A DNA stretch of 64,000 nucleotides, from the NCBI GenBank assembly GCA_964611385.1, contig CAZSXS010000001.1:31058-95057 (forward strand), read 5' to 3'. Both the position numbers and the translations under genes were made by a program. Positions 17,692 to 27,095 of the stretch are shown one piece after another (the first letter of the stretch is position 1; each line of letters opens with the position of its first letter). Under the pieces are notes generated by a model, which ran no database searches, was not told where the DNA came from, and saw only the letters and a list, made by a program, of their open reading frames with translations. This stretch comes from an uncultured Defluviitaleaceae bacterium (lineage in GTDB: Bacteria > Bacillota > Clostridia > Lachnospirales > CAYPQA01).

Positions 17692-19377
17692 ATGAAACAT
17701 TTGCAAAAGGTCGCAGAAAAGTATAAGGCCCTTATCACCGTTTATCTCATGATGGGATTGACCCAAACTTTCCTGCAAAGTTTTAACGCGAATTATTTTC
17801 AAAAGGTCGTTGACAATTTTACAGAGGGTGTCTTGACAGCAGGAAACATTATGATATATGGCTCAGTGATGCTGCTGCTTATCATCGTTTGTTATTTGAT
17901 TGAATATCCACAACGCAAACTGGAAAATGGCATGAGATTAAGTCTAAAAATGTCCGCCTTGCAGAAGGTAGCAGTAATGGACTATCTATCCTATGTGAGG
18001 CTTGGTACAGGCTCGCTGATACAACGAATTGAAAACGGCGCATCTGCGGGCGAGAATATACTTTTCGGATATTGCTTACGGCTTGTGTGTGAATTGCTAC
18101 CGGCAATGCTGTTCAGTATCTTTTTTGTCTTCCTCATTAGTCGCACTGTAACGATAGCTATTCTGTCGGGCTATATTGTCGTGTTTATCATCACGAAGCT
18201 TTTGTTAAAAGTCTTGTATAAGGTCAAGGAGAACATTCTTGTCAACGAGGAAAAATTCAACCATCTTCTTGTACGAGGCTTTATGGAAATGGTAGTTTTT
18301 CGCGTGAATCGACGTTTCGGATCTGAACTAAAAAAAGTTGAGGAAGCTTCCGATGAAATTATCTCATCAAAGGTTAGGATGAAGTTAATCCACGAAGCCT
18401 TTTTTACCATTTTTGCGGTGCTTATTGGCTTTGTAAAAATCGGAATCGTCGTATATGGCTGGAAAACAAGAACACTAAGCATAGGCCAGATTGTTGCGCT
18501 TGTCGCGCTTGTGGACAACGCATATTATCCAATAGCCATCTTCAATGTCATATACGTCGATTTCAAATTAGATAAGATCGCTTTCGCTCGCTATACGGAG
18601 TTTTTGGATGCAGAAGAAGATACTCGACTTACGCATGGAGAGCTTATTTCAGAATTAAGTGGGAATATATCGTTTACCAAAACAGGATTCCGCTATAATG
18701 AGCGAGAGATATTCAACGACTTTTCTGTTGATATTGAGCAAGGCAAAGCCACAGCCTTTGTTGGAGAAAGCGGCTCGGGCAAATCAACGGCCGTCAAACT
18801 CATAGCCGGGCTGTTGCACCCACACAGCGGATATATAAAAGTAGGGAACCATGACTTAAGTAAAATTAACTTGAACAGTTACTACGAGAACATCGCATAT
18901 CTTCCACAAGAGCCGTCTGTATTTGATGGAACCCTGCGTGAAAACCTAGTCTTTGATGAACCCGTGGAGGATGCTGCGTTGATTGAGGCGATCAGGAATG
19001 TGGGGCTCGAAAGCCTGTACGCCAAGCTTGAAAGCGGCTTGGATACGCCGCTTGGCGAAAGAGGAGTCAGTCTATCCGGAGGAGAACGTCAACAGCTTGC
19101 ACTAGCCCGGCTTTGGTTTACCAATGCAAAAATTATCATTTTAGATGAAGCCACGTCAGCAATTGATAATCTTACAGAGGAAGCCGTAATGAAAAACGTA
19201 ATGGCGCTGCTTGCCAATAGGACCGTTATTGCCATCGCGCATCGTCTTGATTCTATTAGGCCATTCGATATCATCATGGTCTTTAAGGATGGAAACATTG
19301 TGGAGAAAGGTACGTTTGATGAGCTGATTGAAAAGCACCTGTATTTTCAGGAACTGTACAATAGAGCTTCGGTATAA
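17692..19377 (+). CDS. ABC transporter, fused permease/ATPase (exporter type)
   Basis: N-terminal multi-TM domain. Walker A GESGSGKST, signature LSGGERQ, Walker B IIILDEATS. The ATG at 17692 lies 7 nt after AAGGAG. Confidence 0.9.
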   Translation: MKHLQKVAEKYKALITVYLMMGLTQTFLQSFNANYFQKVVDNFTEGVLTAGNIMIYGSVMLLLIIVCYLIEYPQRKLENGMRLSLKMSALQKVAVMDYLSYVRLGTGSLIQRIENGASAGENILFGYCLRLVCELLPAMLFSIFFVFLISRTVTIAILSGYIVVFIITKLLLKVLYKVKENILVNEEKFNHLLVRGFMEMVVFRVNRRFGSELKKVEEASDEIISSKVRMKLIHEAFFTIFAVLIGFVKIGIVVYGWKTRTLSIGQIVALVALVDNAYYPIAIFNVIYVDFKLDKIAFARYTEFLDAEEDTRLTHGELISELSGNISFTKTGFRYNEREIFNDFSVDIEQGKATAFVGESGSGKSTAVKLIAGLLHPHSGYIKVGNHDLSKINLNSYYENIAYLPQEPSVFDGTLRENLVFDEPVEDAALIEAIRNVGLESLYAKLESGLDTPLGERGVSLSGGERQQLALARLWFTNAKIIILDEATSAIDNLTEEAVMKNVMALLANRTVIAIAHRLDSIRPFDIIMVFKDGNIVEKGTFDELIEKHLYFQELYNRASV

Positions 19378-19390
19378 ATCGAAATAACAA

Positions 19391-19435
19391 AAGACGGGGC
19401 TGCTTGCTTTTTAGCAAGACAGCCCCGATTTTTTA
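19391..19435. terminator. terminator between the convergent ABC and pmbA-like genes
   Basis: CGGGGCTGCTTGC-TTTTTA-GCAAGACAGCCCCG followed by TTTTTT. Confidence 0.85.
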
Positions 19436-19455
19436 TCCATTTTTAACTTATGTTG

Positions 19456-20700
19456 CTACACCCAATCCCCAATCCGCTTCACATCCAGCTCCAGGGCCAA
19501 GAATGTAAAAGGATTATGCACAGAGATACCGTCTGTAGAAACGCCGATGTAGTCTTTGCCAAACATATCATACATATTGGAGCTGATAGAAAGCTGCGGG
19601 AGTCTTCCGTATAGTTGATCTCCATCAAAGAGATATGCCGATTGCACAGGAGAGGCAAATTCTCCCTGGGAGGTGAAGTCCCCGCCGCTCGCAAATTCCA
19701 CCAAGATCGCCTTCCGTCCCCCTAAGAGTTGCCGTATGGTTTTTCCGGAGGTCTTGAAATCAATGCCTCGGGCGCTGACATCGGGCACGGAATCGTATTC
19801 CCCTCCGGCTGAACCGCTTTCAGCAAACTGAAATTGCTTTGCGATCCGTTTTGAGGTAAAGGGAGACTTTAACACGCCGTTCTCGATCAGCATAAAGCGA
19901 TCGTCGACAAGGATCGTGCCCTCATTGTCAAAGAAGCAACCATATGTGCTTGGAACATCTCTGTCTACAAGCAAGCTAAAATCCTCGCTAAAGAGCTTTT
20001 GTCCGATTTTGCCTGCAAAAATAGAAGCCTTTGTTCCCATGCTTTTGCCGTTTAAGTCGCTGTAAAACTTGTTCAGCAACGCACTTCTGTCTGACAGAAA
20101 GACAACAGGCATTTTCCCGTCTGGTATTTCTACCTTCTCCTCATAAAAGGGCAGCAGCAGAGAGACTGTTTTCAAGGCATCCTCATAGTCGTATAGGCGT
20201 GAAAGATTTAAGCCAAAGCCGTCCATGATGTTTTTGGAGTGTTTGTATTTGACCAGCAGTTCTACCGAAACATGCTGATCCCGGTTCAGCAGATCCGTCC
20301 CCAGATCATTATTTAGGCTGACTTCCGTCTCAGTCAGGATAATCTTGTGGCTAAAGGCAAACTGAGGAAAGCGCTGTGTCAAGGTTTCAAGCAGGTGTTT
20401 TGAGGTTTCGATAAACCCTTCCTCATTCAGCTTGAGGGTTTTGGATAAATCAACTGTTCGTATGCTGTTTTCTGCGGGCTTACAGTCGTAGGGGATTTTA
20501 AAGCCAAGCATGTGCTTTGCGCCTGAAATCAGGTCGTTTTCGTCATAGCTGCCGATTGCGCCGGATATGCCAATACAGCCCTGATCATATAGCCTCAGTC
20601 CGGTTTGAGTTATATTGGATTTCAACACAGCATTGATTTTATTGTTTACTATGGAAAGGGAAGTGATTTTCTTTTTTTCGCTATAGATTTCTTTAATCAT
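19456..20700 (-). CDS. TldD/PmbA-family protein (PmbA/TldE-like, no HExxxH)
   Basis: Family-typical glycine-rich C-terminal half (GGEY...GGDF). The start was moved to MIKEIY, which has GAAGGAG 7 nt upstream. The ORF-track extension runs through an R1 fragment. Confidence 0.6.
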   Translation of the reverse strand: MIKEIYSEKKKITSLSIVNNKINAVLKSNITQTGLRLYDQGCIGISGAIGSYDENDLISGAKHMLGFKIPYDCKPAENSIRTVDLSKTLKLNEEGFIETSKHLLETLTQRFPQFAFSHKIILTETEVSLNNDLGTDLLNRDQHVSVELLVKYKHSKNIMDGFGLNLSRLYDYEDALKTVSLLLPFYEEKVEIPDGKMPVVFLSDRSALLNKFYSDLNGKSMGTKASIFAGKIGQKLFSEDFSLLVDRDVPSTYGCFFDNEGTILVDDRFMLIENGVLKSPFTSKRIAKQFQFAESGSAGGEYDSVPDVSARGIDFKTSGKTIRQLLGGRKAILVEFASGGDFTSQGEFASPVQSAYLFDGDQLYGRLPQLSISSNMYDMFGKDYIGVSTDGISVHNPFTFLALELDVKRIGDWV

Positions 20701-20718
20701 CTCAAAGCTCCTTCTTTG

Positions 20719-20739
20719 GAAGTTCATGACTGAGTATAG
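20719..20739 (+). repeat. R1 repeat, right-end fragment
   Basis: GAAGTTCATGACTGAGTATAG lies in the 50-bp gap between the tldD and pmbA-like genes. Compare GCTGAACATGACTGAGTATAT at 49614-49634. Confidence 0.5.
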
Positions 20740-20750
20740 CACGCATTCAC

Positions 20751-22091
20751 TCACTGAACATTCATATTCTTTACACGGATATAAGGGCCACCAAAGCCTA
20801 CAGGCAACGGAAATTGATCCATCTTGCCGCAGCCGCCTGTAACAAAGGATGATAATTCCAGCTTGTCTGAAATGCCATCAATATCAGCCAAGGCTTGAAA
20901 TACATTGCCCGAGATTACCGACACCCGGACGGGCTTGTCGATTTTACCGTTTTTAATTGAATATGCAAGGGAAGGCGCCAGTGTAAAGGTAGACATGCCG
21001 GAACCGTGATAATAGCCCTTCACAAAAATGCCGTCTGCGGTTTCCGAAATCAGTTCCTCAAAAGTTTTTGAGCCTTTGTCAATATAAGTGGTGGTCATGC
21101 GGACGATGGGTTCAAAGCGGAAATTGATGGCTCTTCCGTTTCCGCTGACTTCCTCGTCTAAGTCGGCTGCACTACTTGCATGATGCAAGCGACCAGTCAG
21201 CAGACCATTTTTAACCAGATAGGTATCCGTAGCCTTGTTCCCCTCATCGTCATAAAGCGTATAGCCATTCCCCATCAGCGCACCAGATTCCCGAATGCTG
21301 AGTTCATCGCAGCCCACTCTTTTACCAAGACACCATTCTTTTTTTGTTTCCACATCTCCAACCATAAAGTCCGACTCACTCTTGTGACCGAAACATTCAT
21401 GGGCAAAAACGCCCGTAGCCATAGGTGATAAAATCACCGGATAAATTCCCTTTTCAACCGATTCAGAATGTAGCATAAATTGCTCGCATTCTGTCAAGTA
21501 GGTTTCAAGCTCGCTTTCAAAGTCCTTCAAGTCGGAAAAGACTGTTTTTCCCTTTTGATAGGATTCTCTGAACTGCCGTTCACCCTCCGAAAGGATAAAG
21601 CCAAACTGAAAGCCTGATCGTTGGAAATCGTGCTTTAATTCGGCACCCTTGCTGTTATAGAATTCCTTTACCTTATACTCGTCCACATAGAGAAGTTGCC
21701 ACAACTTGACATAGGGGCTTTTTTCTGCGTAAGGTATAATGGATTGCAGTAATTCAATTTTGTCGTTCAGCCCTACCTTGCTGACTTCCTGCCCAGCGAA
21801 GGCCAGAAGCTCATCCTGATGAGACGCCAGCTTCGAATAAAGCTTGGTCTTTTCAATCTGCTCGTTTTTCTCTGCCAACTGCGCCAGACTGTCGATTTCA
21901 GATTGTATTGAGGCTAAATCAGAGGTGCTGGCATAGTACCAGATCTGACCATCATACAATCGAATAAATGCTGCGCTGTATCTTTTTTCTTTGCATTCGT
22001 CCAGATTGCGCATGGTGTATTTGACATTGGTCGAAAACACATGCTCAATACGAACGTCGGTGTAAAAACCCTTTGGAAAGATATACTTCAC
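20751..22091 (-). CDS. tldD: TldD-like metalloprotease
   Basis: HExxxH zinc site inside FAHECFGHKSE plus a glycine-rich C-terminal domain. GTG start 6 nt after GGAGG. Paired with the PmbA-like gene. Confidence 0.7.
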   Translation of the reverse strand: MKYIFPKGFYTDVRIEHVFSTNVKYTMRNLDECKEKRYSAAFIRLYDGQIWYYASTSDLASIQSEIDSLAQLAEKNEQIEKTKLYSKLASHQDELLAFAGQEVSKVGLNDKIELLQSIIPYAEKSPYVKLWQLLYVDEYKVKEFYNSKGAELKHDFQRSGFQFGFILSEGERQFRESYQKGKTVFSDLKDFESELETYLTECEQFMLHSESVEKGIYPVILSPMATGVFAHECFGHKSESDFMVGDVETKKEWCLGKRVGCDELSIRESGALMGNGYTLYDDEGNKATDTYLVKNGLLTGRLHHASSAADLDEEVSGNGRAINFRFEPIVRMTTTYIDKGSKTFEELISETADGIFVKGYYHGSGMSTFTLAPSLAYSIKNGKIDKPVRVSVISGNVFQALADIDGISDKLELSSFVTGGCGKMDQFPLPVGFGGPYIRVKNMNVQ

Positions 22092-22280
22092 TTTACGCCT
22101 CCTTCATGTTGTCCTTTTATCGTGACGCTTTGAAGTATAACATAGCCAAAAAGTCAAGTCAAATAGAGGACTCATTAGGAAAATTGACGAAGGATAAAAA
22201 GGCAAGAGATATTTTCACGCCCTTTTGCTTGCAATCTCGATTACTAACTGTTACAATAAGTGGAAGAATGGAGGTTTCGA

Positions 22281-24635
22281 ATGGATACAGATATCATTCT
22301 TTTTATAGTCAGTTTTGTTTTTCTTCTTATTTTTCTTTCTTCAACAATTTATATGCTGTATACCCAACGCTTAAGTCAGGAATATCGAAACGTACAGGAT
22401 GAAGAAACAAAGGTTTTTGATGCCTATACAGCAAGCGCAAAGCTTATTCCAACTGGCAAGAGTAGCCTGCAAGCGAAAGCGTTACCTACGTTTAGGAACG
22501 CACTGGAAAAGATACTGGAAGGCAAATATGTGTTGGAAAGCGAAATCCCAGGCAGTGGTATGAGTCGGGTTTTCGTGGCCAGAAGTATCAAGCTTGGGAA
22601 TCAATGGCTAATCAAATGCATTCCAAAGGGAGATCGTGATCTAATCAAGGAGGCGGATATACTCAAGCGCTTAAATCATCCGAATCTACCCAGGATTGTT
22701 GATATCCTTTCGGATGAAAAGGGAACCTATCTTATTGAGACCTTTATAGAGGGCTTGCCCTTATCAAAGGTACTGGAATCCGGACGGCGTATCAACCAGC
22801 CTATGCTTTTAGATTTTGCTGAGCAGCTCTGTGAAGTACTATGTTATCTTCATGAGTTGCAGCCAAAACCCGTTTATCATCTGGATTTAAAGCCTTCCAA
22901 TATCATGGTAACACATGGAAATAAGCTGGTGCTGATCGACTTTGGTATCTCCAAAATGGAAGGGGAGGTCGAGTGTTCTCAGAACGCTGCCACCTATCGC
23001 TACGCAGCCCCAGAACAAATCAAAGGAGAGTTGCACGAATCATTGAAGTCCTTGATAGAAGCTCGGTTTCAGAATTTGCCCTATGAGCGCTTTATGTGGG
23101 AGCTGGATGCAAGGACGGATATTTACTGTTTGGGTAGCGTTTTATTTGAGTTAGCAACGGACAGAGCGCATACGGTTAATAATATGGATTTACTGAAGCT
23201 GTATGTATCCGAGGACTTGGCGCAGATCATCTGTAAGTGCCTGGAGCTTTACCCCCATAAGCGCTACGGCTCTGCTCGAGAGTTATTGAAGGAGATTCAG
23301 AAGTTAAAAGAGCGAAAGTCTCGAGTCATTCACCGTCTGTCTTTGCGAAAAGTAGCAGCCTGGACCCTGGGTTGCAGCCTTCTATTCTCCACAGTTGCCT
23401 TTGGAGGGGCAGGGTATGCCTTTATCATTGAACAGAATTCCATTTACGATGTAAACCCTGATGCGGTTACCATCAGTCTTCAACAGACCACGGAGCTTCA
23501 AATCCGCAAGTTGGACAGTAAAGGCAATGTGGCAGATATTGATCCCTATTCTGTGCGTTGGATTAGCACGGGTGAAGGCATTGCAAAGATTGACGGGCGC
23601 TGGTTGGCCGGTTTAAATATAGGTACAACCACGATTAACGGCACTCGTCGGGGGAAAGCCATCAATGTGGCTGTAAAGGTGGTCGAACCTCTTCATGATA
23701 CAGTTCCGGTTGTACAGCGCTTTGCCTCGGCTCGTACTGCCAGTGTACTTTTAGGCACCACCTTGCGGGAACATATTTATGGGCAGAGACCTGAATTGGT
23801 TTCACCTGAAAGCATGGCGCTGTCAGAGGACGGCAGTATATACTTCTGTGATGCAGGTGTATTGAAGCGAATCCAACAAAGCCAGGTCGAGCCTCTCTCC
23901 TTGGGTGCTCCCTATCTAGAGGCAAAAATAGTCCGAACCTTCAAGGATAGCCTTTATGTACTTACCTATGAGTGGGAAAAAGATGGAAGCTTTTATCGAA
24001 GCCTTCTTCAAGAGAAGGATGGGCGCTTCGAGACTTTACTTACTGATAGCGCAATTTTTTCTAGTATTGAGGACTTTGTGGTAACAAAGGACTATCTGTA
24101 TTACATAGAGTACAACATCGCCACAGATAGCACCTACTTAAGCCAACTTACTCTGGAAGATGGAACGATACTCCGTCACGAAATCAAACAAGGCGCTAAG
24201 GCCATTACAGCAGATGAGAAGGGGAATATTTACTTTTCAAATACCGAATTGGGAACGATCAGCCGCTTCAAGAACGGAAAGGTCTTTAATCTAGCGGGAA
24301 TTGAGAAGGAAAAAGCCTTTGTCGATGGGGAGCTGCCAAGATTTTATTCTCCTACCCGCTTGCACTGGGTTCAGGGAGCGATCTATGTATGGGACTTTAA
24401 TGTGCTTCGAAAATTGAACTTAAACAACGATATTATGCTGTCTGCCGAAACGATCGCTGGAGAGGTTTCGACCGATTTTTCACAAGCACAGATTGGTAGC
24501 AGTCCAGCTGAAGACCTGATCTGGCCAAACAGCCTGCTTACAGACTTTATTGTTGAAGAGCATAGTTTTATCGTAAGCGACCCCAAGCACAGTCTGCTTT
24601 GGGCGGTACGACCATCTATACCTGGTATCCAATGA
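22281..24635 (+). CDS. Ser/Thr protein kinase with extracellular Big_2-like and beta-propeller (NHL-like) region
   Basis: N-terminal TM segment. Hanks kinase motifs HLDLKPSNIM, DFGIS and APE. A second TM segment, then an Ig-like segment (VTISLQQTTELQIRKLD...INGT) and repeated beta-strand units. No PASTA repeats. Confidence 0.85.
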   Translation: MDTDIILFIVSFVFLLIFLSSTIYMLYTQRLSQEYRNVQDEETKVFDAYTASAKLIPTGKSSLQAKALPTFRNALEKILEGKYVLESEIPGSGMSRVFVARSIKLGNQWLIKCIPKGDRDLIKEADILKRLNHPNLPRIVDILSDEKGTYLIETFIEGLPLSKVLESGRRINQPMLLDFAEQLCEVLCYLHELQPKPVYHLDLKPSNIMVTHGNKLVLIDFGISKMEGEVECSQNAATYRYAAPEQIKGELHESLKSLIEARFQNLPYERFMWELDARTDIYCLGSVLFELATDRAHTVNNMDLLKLYVSEDLAQIICKCLELYPHKRYGSARELLKEIQKLKERKSRVIHRLSLRKVAAWTLGCSLLFSTVAFGGAGYAFIIEQNSIYDVNPDAVTISLQQTTELQIRKLDSKGNVADIDPYSVRWISTGEGIAKIDGRWLAGLNIGTTTINGTRRGKAINVAVKVVEPLHDTVPVVQRFASARTASVLLGTTLREHIYGQRPELVSPESMALSEDGSIYFCDAGVLKRIQQSQVEPLSLGAPYLEAKIVRTFKDSLYVLTYEWEKDGSFYRSLLQEKDGRFETLLTDSAIFSSIEDFVVTKDYLYYIEYNIATDSTYLSQLTLEDGTILRHEIKQGAKAITADEKGNIYFSNTELGTISRFKNGKVFNLAGIEKEKAFVDGELPRFYSPTRLHWVQGAIYVWDFNVLRKLNLNNDIMLSAETIAGEVSTDFSQAQIGSSPAEDLIWPNSLLTDFIVEEHSFIVSDPKHSLLWAVRPSIPGIQ

Positions 24636-24685
24636 TTGGAAGTGATGGGATCGGAAATGATGGGATAGAATGGGAAATAATCAGA

Positions 24686-24705
24686 AATGAATGAATGAAT
24701 GAATG
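24686..24705 (+). repeat. (AATG)5 microsatellite upstream of the SLH-protein RBS
   Basis: aatgaatgaatgaatgaatg ends 5 nt before GGAGG (24711-24715). Confidence 0.9.
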
Positions 24706-24722
24706 AACTAGGAGGATTTCCA

Positions 24723-26996
24723 TTGAAAAACAAAATTGCTTTATTTGCAGTTATTTTTGCTGTTCTTGCGCTCTTTACATCCATTTATGCAGCCACTTTG
24801 TTGGACAATGCGGCTATACAGCAAAAGATAAACGAATTAAACAGCCTTTCTGGAAAAATAGCAAGCTTGTCCAGAGTGGAGGATTTTTATGCCGCACTGG
24901 TTAGCCCCACGGGAAGCAGCGCTTTAAGTGTAGGAAATGTAAGCACAATTGGGATCAGCTCAGAGCTTTCGGCAAACCCGATTTCTGCTCAACAAACCTT
25001 GGCTTATCTCCTGGGGTATGACGGAAGCACAAATTATTCCGCTTTTAAACAAGCCACGACGTACATAACCTCCTGCGCTGGGCTCGCCCTTCAAGCCCCT
25101 GTAAGTATAAGCTATGATTCTGCCAATCAACAAGCTTCCGTAGCTGCAGCACAGTACTTGAATCAAATGAGCTTTACGAATCCAGCTCCGGCCACCCCCT
25201 CAACAGCAGAGCTTACAAGCCTACGGAACCAAGCTACACAGGCCATACAGGCAGCCATTCAGACTTATCAAAGCTTTCTTACAGTGCAGTCCCCGGTGGC
25301 GCCCCCTGTAAGTGTTGCACCGACACCACCCCTACCTATACCCGACCCGACACCCGAAGTTACTCCGGAACCCACTCCTGAGCCTACGCCGGAACCCACG
25401 CCACAACCTACACTGCAAGCAAAGCCTGTAACGACCCCAACGCCAACATTGTCGTCCACTCCTGCTGTCAGTCCTTCCAAGCCTGCCCCATCGACGCAAG
25501 CTTCTGCTCTCCCTAGTGCTTCCAAAGCACCTTCCCCCTCTGCTTCGACTTCCCCTTCCACTCCTGCTTCTTCCCCTGCCTCTAGTTCGGTCTCTTCCGG
25601 CGCACCTGCCGCAGCGAATGCCTCGGCTGCACCCAATACTGCAAGCAATCCAAGCTCAAGTACGCAGCCTCCCCAAGCGGTACCATCAGCCTTAACGCTT
25701 ACAGTAAGCTTATCCAATGAGAAAATGGAAGCTATCCAGTCTGTATCAGATTTCCAATCGGCAAGCAAGGTGCTTACAGAAGAACTGAACAAACTCACAC
25801 CTGAGAAAAAGGTCTCTAAGGAAGCAGTGGATGAATTTACCCTGTTTGTTGAGGAAGCCTTAGCTAAGGCAAGCACGATTGCCATTGATTCGGGGGATAT
25901 ACGTATTGATGCCTCGCTGCTTGCACCAATGGAAGCGGCTTACAACGATGCTTTGGATGGGGTCATGCAATCGCTATCCGAAAATGGGCTTGAACCCACC
26001 CGTGAAATTAGAAAAAAGCTTACCCTAACCTTAAACGAGGGTGACGCCGTAAATATGGTCTTAGATATGCCAGAGTCTGGCGGCGAAAAGGTGAATATTA
26101 AGATCGTGGCTCCGGAATTTTCACTTGAGATTCTACCTCAGCCCGTGGGTGGAGAGCCTCTATCCATTAGTGCCAAGATTATTAATACCCTGTCCTACAA
26201 GACTTCTAGGCGTCCGACATTTGTAAGCGGAAACTTTCATCCGTCTATAGAAGTCAGCTTGAATCGGGAGCGCTTGGAGGAACCGATCATTCTTTCCTTA
26301 CCAGCTGTGGAAGGGAATGTAGCCTTTCAGGCGCTCAGCCTGTCTGATGATCCTCTGCCCAGCCGCTATAACCCAATGAGTCATACAATTGATGCAAGAA
26401 TCGGCACGGGCGGAGTCTACACCGTAAAGGAAAGTCAGCTTGACTTCAAAGATATAGAACACAAATCTGAAGAAATCCAATATGCAATCCGCTACCTAGC
26501 CTCCAGGGGTCTTATGCTGGGAACCTATGAAAAAATATTTGAGCCTGATGCGGAGATTACAAGAGCAGAGATTGCAGCGGTTATCCTTCGCTGCATGGGA
26601 AAGTTGGATCCCAATGCAGATGGCCACTATAAGGATGTAACCCGCCAGGTTTGGTATTTTGGTTCAGCCGGTTCGGCCAAGCAGCAAGGGCTAATGCTGG
26701 GATATGAAGACGACACCTTCAGAGGAGAAGTTGCGGCTTCCAAGGAGCAGATTTTTGCCGTTATGGCAAGAACCCTTCAATTGGAAATGGACTACAAATA
26801 TCCCTCCAACCCTGACCAGTACATAAGCTTCAATGATGCCTCCAGCATCAGCCCTTGGGCCAAACAAGACCTTGCCTTAGCCTCCAGAGAAAAATTAATC
26901 GTGGTCTCCGAAAGCGGTTCCTTCGAAGGAATGAAAGCTATGACCCGAGGTGAGGCGTCCATTGCTTTTGTTCGGATGTTTGAAAAATTATGGTAG
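24723..26996 (+). CDS. cell-wall-anchored protein with three C-terminal SLH domains
   Basis: TTG start 7 nt after GGAGG gives the signal peptide MKNKIALFAVIFAVLALFTSIYA. About 130 aa of P/T/S/A-rich linker. Three SLH-like repeats (FKDI...AIRYLASRGLM.G; YKDV...; FNDA...). Confidence 0.8.
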   Translation: MKNKIALFAVIFAVLALFTSIYAATLLDNAAIQQKINELNSLSGKIASLSRVEDFYAALVSPTGSSALSVGNVSTIGISSELSANPISAQQTLAYLLGYDGSTNYSAFKQATTYITSCAGLALQAPVSISYDSANQQASVAAAQYLNQMSFTNPAPATPSTAELTSLRNQATQAIQAAIQTYQSFLTVQSPVAPPVSVAPTPPLPIPDPTPEVTPEPTPEPTPEPTPQPTLQAKPVTTPTPTLSSTPAVSPSKPAPSTQASALPSASKAPSPSASTSPSTPASSPASSSVSSGAPAAANASAAPNTASNPSSSTQPPQAVPSALTLTVSLSNEKMEAIQSVSDFQSASKVLTEELNKLTPEKKVSKEAVDEFTLFVEEALAKASTIAIDSGDIRIDASLLAPMEAAYNDALDGVMQSLSENGLEPTREIRKKLTLTLNEGDAVNMVLDMPESGGEKVNIKIVAPEFSLEILPQPVGGEPLSISAKIINTLSYKTSRRPTFVSGNFHPSIEVSLNRERLEEPIILSLPAVEGNVAFQALSLSDDPLPSRYNPMSHTIDARIGTGGVYTVKESQLDFKDIEHKSEEIQYAIRYLASRGLMLGTYEKIFEPDAEITRAEIAAVILRCMGKLDPNADGHYKDVTRQVWYFGSAGSAKQQGLMLGYEDDTFRGEVAASKEQIFAVMARTLQLEMDYKYPSNPDQYISFNDASSISPWAKQDLALASREKLIVVSESGSFEGMKAMTRGEASIAFVRMFEKLW

Positions 26997-27043
26997 TATA
27001 TCTTATAATTAGTTTGATGAAAAAGATTCACCGTGGTTGAATT

Positions 27044-27095
27044 AAAAAAACGTGGCCGAATGATGTGATATCATTTTGCCACGTTTTTGTTTTTA
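27044..27095. terminator. terminator between SLH gene and convergent kinase gene
   Basis: AAAAAACGTGGC ... GCCACGTTTTTGTTTTT. Confidence 0.8.

Noticed and set aside
25268-25885. 205-aa antisense ORF (G/V/A/E-rich) inside the SLH gene. Similar long shadow ORFs occur at 33355-33930 (inside the P-type ATPase gene), 55148-55912 and 55528-55899 (inside the transketolase gene), 40824-41486 (opposite yaiI) and 3579-4088 (opposite recO).
   Set aside because: They lie opposite genes that have strong family motifs. Their composition is low-complexity or mirrors the codon bias of the real gene. No RBS is present.
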